NCBI GenBank assembly: GCA_965240325.2
Contig: OZ251238.1
Span: forward strand, 1 to 64,000
Source: Rebecca billardiae RCC1528
Taxonomy: Eukaryota; Protista; Haptophyta
DNA: 64,000 nt
Reading direction: 5' to 3'
In this document: positions 23,454-34,590 of the stretch, one piece after another
How the letters are laid out: each line of letters opens with the position of its first letter
Position numbering within the stretch: position 1 is the stretch's first letter
Notes under the pieces: model-generated
Told to the model about the DNA's origin: nothing
Seen by the model: only the letters and a program-made list of their open reading frames with translations
Databases searched by the model: none
Translations under genes and position numbers: made by a program

Positions 23454-26400
23454 TCATTTGCTCGACTCGGCGGCGCTCCCCAGGCTGACGCGCGAGTTGC
23501 GGTCGGGGACGGACTCGCGCATGCGCGCCTGCTTGGGCAGGAAGCGGTTGATCGAGCCCTGGCTGCCCTCGGGCCCGAGGACGAGCAGCAGCGGCAGCAG
23601 CAGCCCGAACGCGTACACGATCGCCCACAGGCTGGTGAACACGATGAAGAAGCCGAACTTGAAGAAGAAGGACGCGGCGCAGCCGAAGAGCGGCAGCCCG
23701 GCAAACGCGGTCGTGATCGCGCCGCCCACCACCGAGACGCCCACCTTGCCCAGCGACTCCTGCACGCGCTCGTACCGGCTGCCGTCCGCGTGCGCGTAGA
23801 AGTGCGACAGGTGCACGCTGTAGTCGATCGACAGCCCGATCGTCAGCACCGTGTACGTCGCCTCGATGCTGCACGCGCGTGGTCGCGCGCGCGCGGGCGG
23901 CGCGGGCGGGCTGGCTGATGCACGCGCGCACGCGCGCGCGCATGCGCGGCGCGGCGCGCGGCGCGCGCGCGGCGCGCGGCGCGTACGCGCCAATCTTGTT
24001 GCCCGCGGCGAGCACGCACGCGAGCGCGGAGAGCACGGTCGCCATGATGGTGCCGATCACGAGCAGCGCGAGCACCCAGTTGCGCGTGGAGAGCAGCAGC
24101 AGCACGGTCGCCACCAGCAGCGAGTAGCCGATGCTCGAGCCAAACTCGCGCAGCAGCTCGGAGAAGAAGCGCAGCTGCGCCCACGACGCCGTGCCGATGT
24201 TGTAGCTCGAGTACTGCAGCATCACGTGGAAGCACTGCGGCGCGCAGCGCGCCGCCGCCCACTCGTCCCACCGCTCGTACCACACGCCGAGCGAGGTGGG
24301 CGCGGACGAGGCCTCGCGCGGCACGGTCGCGTTGAAGAGCTGCCACACCGCCTTGATGCCGTCAGAGCCGTCCGGCACGAAGCCCGTCTTGGTGCGCCAC
24401 GCGCCGTCCAGGTCGGCGAGGTCGGCGAAGTGCTGCGACTCGTAGAAGCTCTCGAGCGCCTTGCGCAGCGCCTTCTCGTCCTTGTACGGCCACGCGCCGC
24501 CCGCCCACTTGCGCAGCTCGGAGAGCAGGCAGTAGCCCTCGCGCTCGTGCACGAGCGTGCGGTTCTTCTTGGTCGCCGCGCAGTCGTCGTGGATGCGCCG
24601 CTGCGCGGACTCGCCAAAGTCGAAGGGCACGTAGCGCAGCGTCTCGTCCTCCTTCTCCGGCACGATCTGCCCGTTCGACGGGTACGCGATCGGCTGCTCC
24701 GCGTCGAGGCCGTACACGAAGTACACGCCGTACTGCCAGTCCTCCGCGACCAGGAACTGCGTGCGGTCGTTCTCGAGCAGCTGGCCGCGCGGCTGGTGCA
24801 CCACAAAGCCGCGCACCGGGTCGACCTCGTCGCTGAGGTCGAAGAGGAAGACGAAGGTGAGCGTCATCGCGACGATCGCGCACGCCGAGAAGCCGATCAG
24901 CGGGTACCGCCACCGGTGCAGCGCGGGCGCGAGCCTCTCGCGCATCACGCGCACGCGCGCCGCCTCCTCGGCCGGGCCGGCGGGCGGCGCGCCGTCCGCG
25001 CCCGCGGCTTTGGCCTCGGGCTTGCACGGCGCCAGGCAGCCGCAGCAGCTGCTCTGCTCGAAGTGGCGGTTGTACAGCACCACGCAGCACGGGAACCACG
25101 TCATCACCTGCCGCCGGCCGCGCGGCGGGTGCGCGCGCCCCGGGCGGAGGGTGAGCGAGGCGGCCGCGCGCGGCGCGGCGCGGCGCGCGACGGGCAGCGC
25201 GGCGCAGCGCGCGCGGCAGCGCGCCCTTGGCGCCGCGCGCGCGCGCGCACCAGCAGATAGTCGGTGAAGACGACGAGCGCGTTGAAGATGCCAAAGGCCT
25301 GGATGGAGGGCACGGTCGAGAAGCCCGAGATGATGAGGCACGAGAAGGTCGTCGCCGTCGTGACGAACATGGCGGAGCCCGCCTGCGCGTACGTCCACTT
25401 GAGGCGCGTCTCGACCGAGCCCGAGACGGCGCTTGGCAGCGTGCCCGACTCCTTCCAGCTGTCCATGAAGACGAAGATGTCGTCCGCGCCGATGCACATG
25501 ATGAGGAAGACGGAGAGGAAGTTGAAGATCACGAAGCGGACCTGGTTGCCCACGATCGAGAAGAAGAAGTACGCGAGCGGCACCGAGAAGATGATCTCGA
25601 ACAGCCCCGCGGCCGCGAGGAAGAGCGAGCCGACGTTGAGCCAGATGTACACAAACACAAACCCAAACGAGAGCAGCGCAAACATCGCGTCGAGGATGAC
25701 GGACTCGAAGACCTGCGTCGAGTAGGCGAAGACCCACGCGTACGCGTTCATCGTCTTGCCGCCCGTCGGCGTGAACGTCACCAGCGGCCGCCCGCTCGAG
25801 GGCGTGGCGGAGACGTCGTCGATCGCGCCCACGACCGCGCGCTCGAGCTTGGCCGCGTACGAGTCCTGCGCGTACAGCGTGCCCACCTCCGCGTCCTGCG
25901 CGTCGAAGCGGTCGTCGCGGTTGCGGTAGCCCTTGCGCGGCAGGCCGGTGAAGTACACCGAGCGCGTGTGCTCCGAGCGCACGCTGAGCCGGCTGCAGTT
26001 CGCGTCCTTGTCGAGCAGGTAGCCGCGGTAGTACTCGACCGAGCACACGCGCGTCGCGAGCAGCAGCGACCACTCCGACTCGGGCGCGAGCTCGCCACGC
26101 CGCCAGTCGTACACGGTGGAGACGCACGGCGGCTGGCCCCACGGCGTCTGCCCGGCGCCGTCGCCGCACATCAGGTCGCTCACGCCCGACGGCGCCTGGC
26201 ACAGCCCGCGCCGGCACCCCTTCTTGTGCTCGTCCGCGCTCACGTACAGAAAGTTGAGGATGGTCGTGGGCGACTCGCACCCGCGCTCCTGCCCGTTCCC
26301 CGAGTACTGCGGCGCCGGCCGCGCGGGCGGGGGCGAGGGGCGCGGCGGCGGCGGCGAGGGCGCGGCGCGGCGCGCGCGCGGCGGTCAGCCCCAGCCGCGA

Positions 26401-26977
26401 GCGGCGTTGGCGGTGCGTTGGCGGTGCGTTGGCGCGCGCGCGCGCTCGCCTTGAGCCTGCAGAAGGCGCCCCACGAGCCCGCGTCCAGCAGCGCGCGCTC
26501 CACCTGCGCGATGCGCAGCACGTGCTCGCGCGTGAGCATCTGGCGCTCGCGGAGCAGGTCGGCGTACGAGAGCCAGACCACGCCGCCCACCCACTCGCGC
26601 TCGCGCTCGACCGGGTCGTCGTCCTCCTCGTCCTCGTCCTCGCCCACGTACCGGTCCTGCAGCATCCGCACCAGCGCGTCCTCGCGCAGCTGCTCGGCGG
26701 AGAAGGGCACGGTGTTCGCCGCGTCGGCGAAGAAGTTGGACGCGGACGAGTCGCGCCCGAACGCGAGCACCACGATGATCACGCCCATCGAGGCCCAGCA
26801 CAGGAAGAAGATGAGGCCGGCGCACAGGGCCGGCCGGTGCGCGACCAGCTTGGTCAGCCGGCCGACGTGCACCTCCTCCACGTGCGCGTGCTGCGCCGAG
26901 CCCGGGGCGGGCGCGGCGTGCGCGCGCGCGTCGCCCTCCCCCGCGGGCTCGGGCTCGTCCACGCCGTGGTTGGGCAT
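23454..26977 (-). CDS. Dispatched/Patched-family sterol-sensing RND membrane protein; exons 26977-26450, 26306-25251, 25107-23987 and 23868-23454
   Basis: Two RND halves with the hallmark TM4 motif CIGADDIFVF and TM10 motif IGLSIDYSVH, plus large Cys-containing luminal loops. Three introns (26449-26307 GC-AG, 25250-25108, 23986-23869) stitch four ORFs into one frame. Confidence 0.88.
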
Positions 26978-27193
26978 GACCGGCGGCGCGCTCGTCACCC
27001 TGCTCCGGAGCGCCGCCCCTCGGTCGGGCAGCTTGAAGTGGTCGTGGGCGCTTTTGGCCGCGCGCGCGCTCGCAATCTTGGAAAGCTCTAATGAGCGGGT
27101 ACGACTCGCAACCGTAGTAAAGCAATGTTCACAATCCGTCAATCCCGTACGCCAACCACCCGAGCGACCACCTATATGCCGCCTATGAATAAC

Positions 27194-27224
27194 GAAAGGG
27201 AGGGTTAGGGTAACCCTCCCTTTC
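27194..27224. other. Perfect 14-bp inverted repeat with a 3-nt spacer, built around telomere-type motifs
   Basis: GAAAGGGAGGGTTA-GGG-TAACCCTCCCTTTC. The arms are exact reverse complements and the element contains GGGTTAGGG and TAACCCT. Confidence 0.9.
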
Positions 27225-27993
27225 ATAAGCGTTGCGGGTAGTCTCTCCCAGGTTTCAATAGTCGGCGTGTTTACGTCGGTCGTCGGCCAATAGGAAATCG
27301 AACCTTCTCATCAGGCGGACGACTCCACCGCACCGCCCGGCACCGCTTCCCTTCGCCCATCACCCGACGCGTGCGTTGGCACGCGCGGCGGGGTCGCCCC
27401 CCAACCGCGAGTTACACTGGTGCTTCAAGCGCGCCGCGCGGCTGCTGCATCGCTGCGCTCGGGTACCGGTCCCGACGCCAGTCGGCGGCGGTCCGTAACC
27501 GCGAGTGGCGGGCATGATGGCGGCTCGGCTTCTGCAGTACGAGCGCGCGCGTGCGAGCTCACGTTGCCGCTGCGCAGCGCGATCAGGTGAGATCAATCGA
27601 GCTCGCCGCCGGGCCGCGCATCGCCGCCTCGCCCCTCGGCTGGCGGCGCCGCTCTCATGACCGCGCCGGGAGGCGCCGCGAGCCCGCCGTCCTTTGAGGG
27701 GCACGGCACGGCCGGTCGAGACGTGGACGGGCACGCGCCCGACGCGCCGACCGCTCGCTCGTTGTGTCGGGCTCCTTTCCAACCACCGGGCAACGAGTCC
27801 GGCCGTGGCAGGCGCGTGCCAAGCCCTTGAACCCATCGGGGCGCCGCCATCTTGCGGCGGCCAACTGTGACTGGCATTGCTGACGAGTGACGACCCGCGC
27901 AGGGCGTGACTGGGTTGACGGCACCCGCGCATCCTCAGTGTGCAGCCTGTGCAGCGGCCTCCATCCTCGCCGGGGAGGGCGGGCGCCACAAGC

Positions 27994-28736
27994 ATGTCGT
28001 TCGCGGACGCGTACCGTCCGCGGAGCCCGGAGACGCCGTACCAGGCGCTCGGCGTGCCCGCCGGCGCGAGCTTCTCCGCGGTGAAGAAGGAGGTGCGCGC
28101 GTCGCTCAAGGCCATCAACGAGCAGAGCACGGGTGCGCGCGCGCGGGCCGGCGCCGCGCGCTGTGCGCGCTCGCGCGCTCGCGGCATGTGCTCACCGGCG
28201 CGGCGCGGCGCGGCGCGGCGCGGCGCGCAGAGCTGGGCAAGCTCACGCGCGCGCTCGAGGGCGGGCGCGACGTGCCGAACGCGCGCGAGCGCGTCTTTGC
28301 GCTGATCAACGCGGCGCGTGAGCGCGCTCGCTCGTCGATGGGCGCGCTCAAGCACGCGGCCGACACCGCGTCGGCGGCGCAGCAGGTGGAGGTGAGCTGC
28401 GTGCAGGAGGAGCTGCGCGCCGCGCTCGCGTCGTTTCACACCGCCGCCGAGAGCGCCTCGCACGCCGTCGCCGCGCGCGCCGAGCTGGCGAACGCGTCCG
28501 CGGGCGCGGGCGGCGTGCCGCTGGGCGCGGTGGGCGTGCGCGTCGACTCGGACGAGCCGACAGCGCCGCTCATGGTGCGCGCGCAACCGCACGGGCGCGC
28601 GCGCGCACCGCGCGTGGCGGGGCTGAGGGATGCGCGCGCATGCGCCCCTGACCGCGCTCGATGCCCTCTTGCGCGCGCGGCGCGGCGCGCAGGCGGCGGC
28701 CATCCGCGGGGGCGGGGGCGCGTGTGCCGGGCAGCC

Positions 28737-28776
<40 letters not shown>

Positions 28777-29097
28777 CTGCAGGCGGTGGCGCTGCGGCAG
28801 GAGCAGATCGAGGAGCGGAGCGAGGGGATCGCCGCGATCTCGCAGTCGGTGCGCGAGGTGCACGAGATCTTCACCGACCTCGCGCTGCTCGTGCAGGAGC
28901 AGGGCTCGCAGATCGACAACATCCAGACCAACGTCGAGAGCGCCACCACGCGCGTCGCCAGGGGCGTGGGCGAGCTCGAGACGGCCTCGCGGCACCAGAG
29001 GCGGTACCGCGGCAGGCTGTGCACGATGGCGGCGCTCGCCGTGATCGGGCTGGTCGCATTCATCGCCGTGCTCAAATTCGCGCTAGGGGTGATCTGA
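27994..29097 (+). CDS. Qa-SNARE syntaxin (Syntaxin-7/12, SYP2-like); exons 27994-28132, 28231-28574 and 28693-29097
   Basis: SNARE motif IAAISQSVREVHEIFTDLALLVQEQGSQIDNIQTNVE followed by a C-terminal TM helix. GT..AG introns at 28133-28230 (CTCAC) and 28575-28692 (CTGAC) give a continuous frame. Confidence 0.88.
28738..28773 (+). repeat. (CAG)12 polyglutamine tract in the syntaxin linker
   Basis: Twelve consecutive CAG codons, in frame, just before the SNARE motif. Confidence 0.95.
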
Positions 29098-30449
29098 GGC
29101 CGGCTGCGAGTGCCGCCCGCGTGCCAGCCGCATTGGACGAGGTGACGCGTGAGGTCCCGGGGCCCGGGATGACCGCGCACTTTGTAGCTATTATAGTGTG
29201 TAGCTTATTATTATTACCATGGCGGCGCGCCTTATCACGGCGGCGCTGCTCTGACAGGACTGGCGCGCGGCCAGCCTCACGGCCGCCCGCCGCGCTGCCC
29301 CGCGCGGCGCCGGGGCCCCAGGCGGGGCACGGCCGCACGGCACGGGGGCCAATAGTGGCGGGCGGGTCGCAGAGCTCCGACCGTTACACTCCCGATGAGT
29401 GACACAATCTCCCGAATAAATCTCGAAATATGAACTATCTCGATCCTCGGTTTGTAGTAACTGTTTATTGAGTCCGTTTAAGTTCCGGTTAGTTCAGGCA
29501 TAATAATTATAGATAGGGTGTAGAATACGCCAATATGTGCCAATTTCAGCAGACGACTGCCAACTAATGTGCTGATGATCTAGATTATTCTAGACTGGGC
29601 GGTGCGATTCTGGTGCAAATAGCGAGATCACCTCGGAGATCGTGTATCTCCCCTACTAATGTTGCCGAGATCGCGTCGAGATTGAGGTCGTATATCTCCA
29701 GTATGCATGTGACATTTTTTCGCAAAACTTGTCAGCGTGACCCCAGCTCATTTCAGACGATCGAATATTGACATCCCGAAGAATTTGAGAGCCGTAGTCA
29801 TCTCAAGACGACAGGAAGTTGGATTTTGGGCGGCGCCACGCACCCCCCAGTGGGGCTCTGACCCCTCGGGGGAATGCGGCTCGCCCCGGGCCGCCCGGGT
29901 CACTAGCACTGCCCCCGGACTCTCCGGAGTGCCTGACTTGCCGTACGACCGCGTACTGACCGGCCGCCGCCGCATCACTAAATCATCATCGATCGACGAC
30001 CATAATCGCGTCGTCATGCAGCATCATATCGTCGTCGTCAGCAGCAGATCATCACCAAGCGCGGTGGTCACACCTCGCCGCCTTACGGCTCGTCAGAGTG
30101 CCAGTCAGACGGTCACGGATCGCGCGGGGCCGTGCTGCGGCGCTGCCGAGCCCGAGATTGCCCCGAGTTCTGCCGGCGGGCCGTCACTCGGCCGTCGGCA
30201 GGCTAACTCACGGGCTTCGGTGGCGGTACTGTACTGCTGCTGCGTACAGTAGTAGATGATGATGATATCGCGATATATATATGACTTATTTAGATCGACG
30301 ATGCGATGATATGGCAGCAGCATAAGTAGCAGATTATTGTTAAGCAGTAGTGGCACTCGACGAGATAGAACCGTCGTAAGTATCTGCCCGAGCGCTGTAA
30401 TAACAGCGCGGCTCGGCGGCCGCCGACTCGTCTCCCCGCGCTCAGCCGC

Positions 30450-31621
30450 TCAGCTCGGCAATGGCGCGGCGCGACTCGGCGCGCTGAGCGCGCCGCCGCG
30501 TTTGGCGGCGAGTGTGCCGTCGTGCTGAGACTGCTCGGCAGAGGAGGAGGGCGGCGAGGCACGCTCGCGCCGGCGCCGGAGGTGGGCGGCGCCGCGAGCG
30601 CTCCGCTTCGGCGGCGCGGCCTCGGCGGCCGAGCGGCCGGCCTCGCCGCCGTCGCGCTCGGCGGCGCGGGCGGGCATCGCGCCGTCGAGCTGCGGCGGAG
30701 CGGCGCCGCGCGTGCGGCGCTGCGCGGCGCGCGCGAGGTGCAGCTGGCGCGCGCGCCGCTGCCGCTCGAGCGCGGCGCCCTCGAGCAGCAGCGGGCGCGC
30801 CACCTCGTGCTGCGCCGCGTCGGGCGCGGCCCAGTCCCACTCCGCCTCGGCGAGCCCGCCGCTCTCCTCGCCGCCGGGCGGCGCGCCGAGGCCCGCCGCG
30901 TCCGCGCCCGGCCGCGCGTCGCGCGCGGTGCGCAGGTGGCGCGCGTGCTCGGCGAGCGCGCGCAGCAGCGACGGCGGCGGCGGCGGCGGCGGCGCGGTGG
31001 CGAAGAGGTCGGGCGGCGAGGCGGCCCCGCCCGCGCCCGCCGCCGCGCTCGCCTTGGCGCGCGGCGGCGGCGACGCCGCCCCGGCCGCGGGCCGCGCGAG
31101 CTCGGCGTGCGCCGCGTGGAGCGCCTGCGCTGCGGCCACCTGCCAGAAGGGGTGCGCGCTCACCTCCGCCAGCGAGCGCGCGCGCTGCTTCGGCTCGGCG
31201 CACAGCAGCTGCTGGCACAGGTGCGCGCCCTCCGCCGTGAGCTCGGCGCGCAGGAAGGGCGGGCGCAGCCCGGCGGGCGGCGCGGGCGGCAGCCGGCCCG
31301 GCGCGTGCGCGTACGGGTGCGGGTGCGGCACGCGGTGCGCCAGCACCAGACCGCCCACGCGAGCACCCCACGCGCGCACGCCCGCCTCGCGCGCGCCCGG
31401 CTCGGCCGGCGGCGCCGGACCGCCGCCGCCGCCGAGCCCGGCGGCGGCGCGCAGCTGCGCGCGCTCCGCGTCGGGGATGAGCCGCGTGTACGGGTGCCGC
31501 CCGGCGAGCGCGCAGTACAGCGTCGCGCCGAGCGCCCACCAGTCGGCCGCCTCGTCGACGCGCACGCCCGACGCGGCCGACACGGCGCCGCCGCCACCGC
31601 GCTGCTGCGCCTGCTGCTGCG

Positions 31622-31656
<35 letters not shown>

Positions 31657-32594
31657 GCCTGCTGCAGCGCCTCGGGCGGCTGGAAGCCCACCGAGCCGCC
31701 GAGCCCGCGCCGCCCCGCGGCGGCGAGCGTGGCGGGCGCCGCCGCGCCCAGGTCGGCGATCACCACGCGGCCGTGCTCCGAGAGCAGCACGTTGGCGGGC
31801 TTGGGGTCGCGGTGCACCCAGCCCGCGCGGTGCAGCGCGCACAGGCCGACGCACGCGCGCGCGCACACGTACGCGGCCGCGCCCGGGGGGAGCGCGCCGT
31901 ACCGCACGAGCAGCGCCTCGAGCGAGCCGCCGTCGAGCCGCTCGAGCAGCAGCGCCGGGCCCGCGTCCGTGCGCAGCGCGTACGCCAGCCGCACGACGCA
32001 CGGCCGCCCGGCGACCGCGAGCAGCGCGGCGCGCTCGGCGCGCGCGTGCTCGAGCGCGCCCGCGCTGCCGCGCGCGTACAGCTTGGCGGCGTACGGCTGC
32101 CCGCTGCCCGCGCGGCGCACGGCGTGCACCGTCGCGAACGCGCCGCGCCCGAGCGCGCCGCCGAGCACCTCGAGCTCCTCCGCGCCGGGCGGGTGCGCGT
32201 GCGCGGCGGTGTGCCTGCACAGCCGCACAAAGTGGCGGCTGCGCGCAAACGCGCGCCCCGCGCCCGCCTCGAAGCGCGCGCGCTCGGCGGGCGTGCGCAG
32301 CAGGTCCTGCAGCGCGTCGACCCGCCCCTCGAGCACGGCGTCCTCGAGCGCGTCCGTCGGCGCGTGCGCGTGCGCGTGCGCGTGCCCCGCGCCCTCGAGC
32401 AGCCAGCGGCCGTACAGCGCGCAGCCGAGCGCAGAGCCGCACAGCGCCTCGTGCGAGAACGAGGCGCGCTGCGCGGCGAGCCGGCGGCGCGCGGCGGCGG
32501 CGGAGGGCAGGCGGAACTGCCGCTCGGCGCGCCGGCTGGCCAGGCCCGCCGCGCCCGGCATGCAGCCGCCGTCGCCGAGCAGCGCGGCCAGCAT
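30450..32594 (-). CDS. Ser/Thr protein kinase of the AGC group, GRK-like and divergent
   Basis: GRGAFATV glycine loop, YAAK, ERAALL (alphaC Glu), HRDPKPANVLL, DLG, GGSVGFQPPE, DWWALG. The start is placed at the ATG at 32594. Confidence 0.85.
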
Positions 32595-33102
32595 TGGGCG
32601 CGAGCCGCCGCCGGAGGAATCCTCCTCGCGATGGGCCGATGGCCGGCACCGCAAACAAAAAAAAGCCGCGCGCCCGCCGTGGTTCTCGAGCGAATTTCTC
32701 GCTGCTGGCCTCCGTTGCAGACCGTTCCCGCGGTTCCCGTTTAGGCCGCCACTCGCGTCGACGACCTGTCGCCGTCGGGACCGGTCGTCCCGGCGTGCAG
32801 CCTGCCGTCGCACTCGCGAAGCTCCGAGTACTCGGGCGGCGGACTGCCCTGCTCGACTCTAGTGCGCCATGCATGGACTTGCCGGAGCGTTTCAGACTGA
32901 TTGACGCGGCTGCCGAACGGCTATGATTTTCATCATATTTGACCCCGTGGCCGTCACCCCGCCCGCCCCGGGCCCCCCTCCCCCACGGTGTGAGTGTCCG
33001 TCGTCGCGAGGCCGCCTCCGCCAGTCCGCGGATCCGACTGCCAGCGCGGCGGTCCAGGCGGTGGTCGGCCTCGCCGGGCGTCAGTACTGCGCTCAGTGGC
33101 CA

Positions 33103-34590
33103 TCAGTACCAGTTCTGCACGTAGGGCGCGTTGTCGCAGCCGCGCGTGCTGGGCTCGCGGAAGGGGAACATGTGCAGCCAGAAGTTGGCCCCGTACTTGA
33201 CGGCCCCCTCGCCCTCGCCCTCCACCGGCAGCGCCTCGTGGTCGGTCCGCTCGTCGCGGCTCCACGGGTCCTCGTCCAGCACGCTCGGCCAGAGCAGCGC
33301 GCGGCCCTTCTTGGGCGCGACGGTGAGGTTGAGCTTGGGGAAGCGCGTGCCGCCCCCCGCGGCCACGTCCGAGAGGTACATGTACACCGTGTACAGCCGA
33401 GGGCCCCACGCGGACGCGCGCGGCGAGTTCTGGTCCTGCGCGCACACACGCACACAAGCAGACGCGCAGACGCGCAGACGCCGGAGGGGGCGGTGGGCGA
33501 GGCGGGCGGCGGCGGCGCGGTGGCGACGCGGCGCCGCCGGCGCGCGCGCGCGCGCGCCGGCGTGCTTGCCCCTTGCGCGCACGTGGTGTGTGCGGTAGAA
33601 CTGCCCGCGCGTGTACTGCAGCAGCTGCAGCCACTCGCCATGCTCGGCAGGCACGTCCGTGAGGGCGCTCACGCGCGCCTGCACCGCGCCGACGGTCGCG
33701 TCGCCCAGGCACGCGCCCGTGCACCAGGCGGTGGACGAGGTGCGCACCTCCTGCTCGCCGTCGCCCGCGAGCGAGCGCGTCCACCCGCGCCCGCCCGCGC
33801 GCAGCAGCGCGTCCGCCTCCGCGCCGCTCAGGAAGTCGTCGATGGCCACCAGCCACGGCGAGCTGCAGAGCACGCGCGCGCTGCCGTTGCGCGCGGCGCC
33901 GAGCGCGCGCGACGAGGCGATGCGCTTGAACATCGCGTTCACCGACCCCTTCACCGCCGCCGGGCGCGCGTCGCGCGAGCGCGCGCACTTGGGCTCGGAG
34001 CGCGCGGCGCACGAGACGCACGTCCACGCGCACTGCGCGCGCATGCGCTCGCCGTCAGAGTAGCAGCCGCCGTCGGCAGCGCGCGCGGCGCAGTCGGGCG
34101 CGACGTCGTGGCACGCGTCGGACTGGCACAGCCGGCACGCCACGCGGCACTGCGCGTGCATGAACTTTGGGTTCGTCCCGCACTCGCCGATCGACGCCCA
34201 GGTGGCGCACATGCGGTGCAGGTCGGAGCACGTGCGCCGCTCGGCCGCGGCGCGCTCCTCGGCCGTGGGCGTGCACTCGCCGCACGCGGCGCGGCACGCG
34301 GTGCGCATGTACGACGGGTTCGCCTCGCACTCGCCGCTCGCCGCCCACGCCGCGCAGTCGCCGCTCTGGTCGGCGCACGTCGGCGCGGCCGCGGCGGGCG
34401 CGGCCGAGGCCGCGCCCGCCGCGCCCGCGGCCGGCTCGGCGGCGGGCGCGCGCGGCGAGCTGTCGGCGATCGGCTCGTGCGCGGGGGCCGACGTCGGCCC
34501 GACGCTCACGCGCACCGTCTGCCCCGGCGCCGCGTGCGCTCCGAGCAGCTGCGCGAGGAGCGCGCAGCAGACGCCGAGTCGGGGCGCCAT
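33103..34590 (-). CDS. P4H: Secretory prolyl 4-hydroxylase with three N-terminal ShK (ShKT) domains; exons 34590-33583 and 33435-33103
   Basis: Signal peptide; three 6-Cys ShK repeats (e.g. CADQSGDCAAWAASGECEANPSYMRTACRAACGEC); P4Hc motifs DDFLS, RTSSTAW, EWLQLLQYTRGQFYRTHH|D, YLSDVAAGGGTRFP, TDHEALPV and KYGANFW. Intron at 33582-33436. Confidence 0.93.
   Translation of the reverse strand: MAPRLGVCCALLAQLLGAHAAPGQTVRVSVGPTSAPAHEPIADSSPRAPAAEPAAGAAGAASAAPAAAAPTCADQSGDCAAWAASGECEANPSYMRTACRAACGECTPTAEERAAAERRTCSDLHRMCATWASIGECGTNPKFMHAQCRVACRLCQSDACHDVAPDCAARAADGGCYSDGERMRAQCAWTCVSCAARSEPKCARSRDARPAAVKGSVNAMFKRIASSRALGAARNGSARVLCSSPWLVAIDDFLSGAEADALLRAGGRGWTRSLAGDGEQEVRTSSTAWCTGACLGDATVGAVQARVSALTDVPAEHGEWLQLLQYTRGQFYRTHHVRARGKHAGARARAPAAPRRHRAAAARLAHRPLRRLRVCASACVRVCAQDQNSPRASAWGPRLYTVYMYLSDVAAGGGTRFPKLNLTVAPKKGRALLWPSVLDEDPWSRDERTDHEALPVEGEGEGAVKYGANFWLHMFPFREPSTRGCDNAPYVQNWY

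Noticed and set aside
27194-27224. Telomerase RNA gene call
   Set aside because: Only a template-like 10-mer is visible, locked in a perfect stem, with no supportable promoter, pseudoknot or terminator. It is kept only as a palindrome finding.
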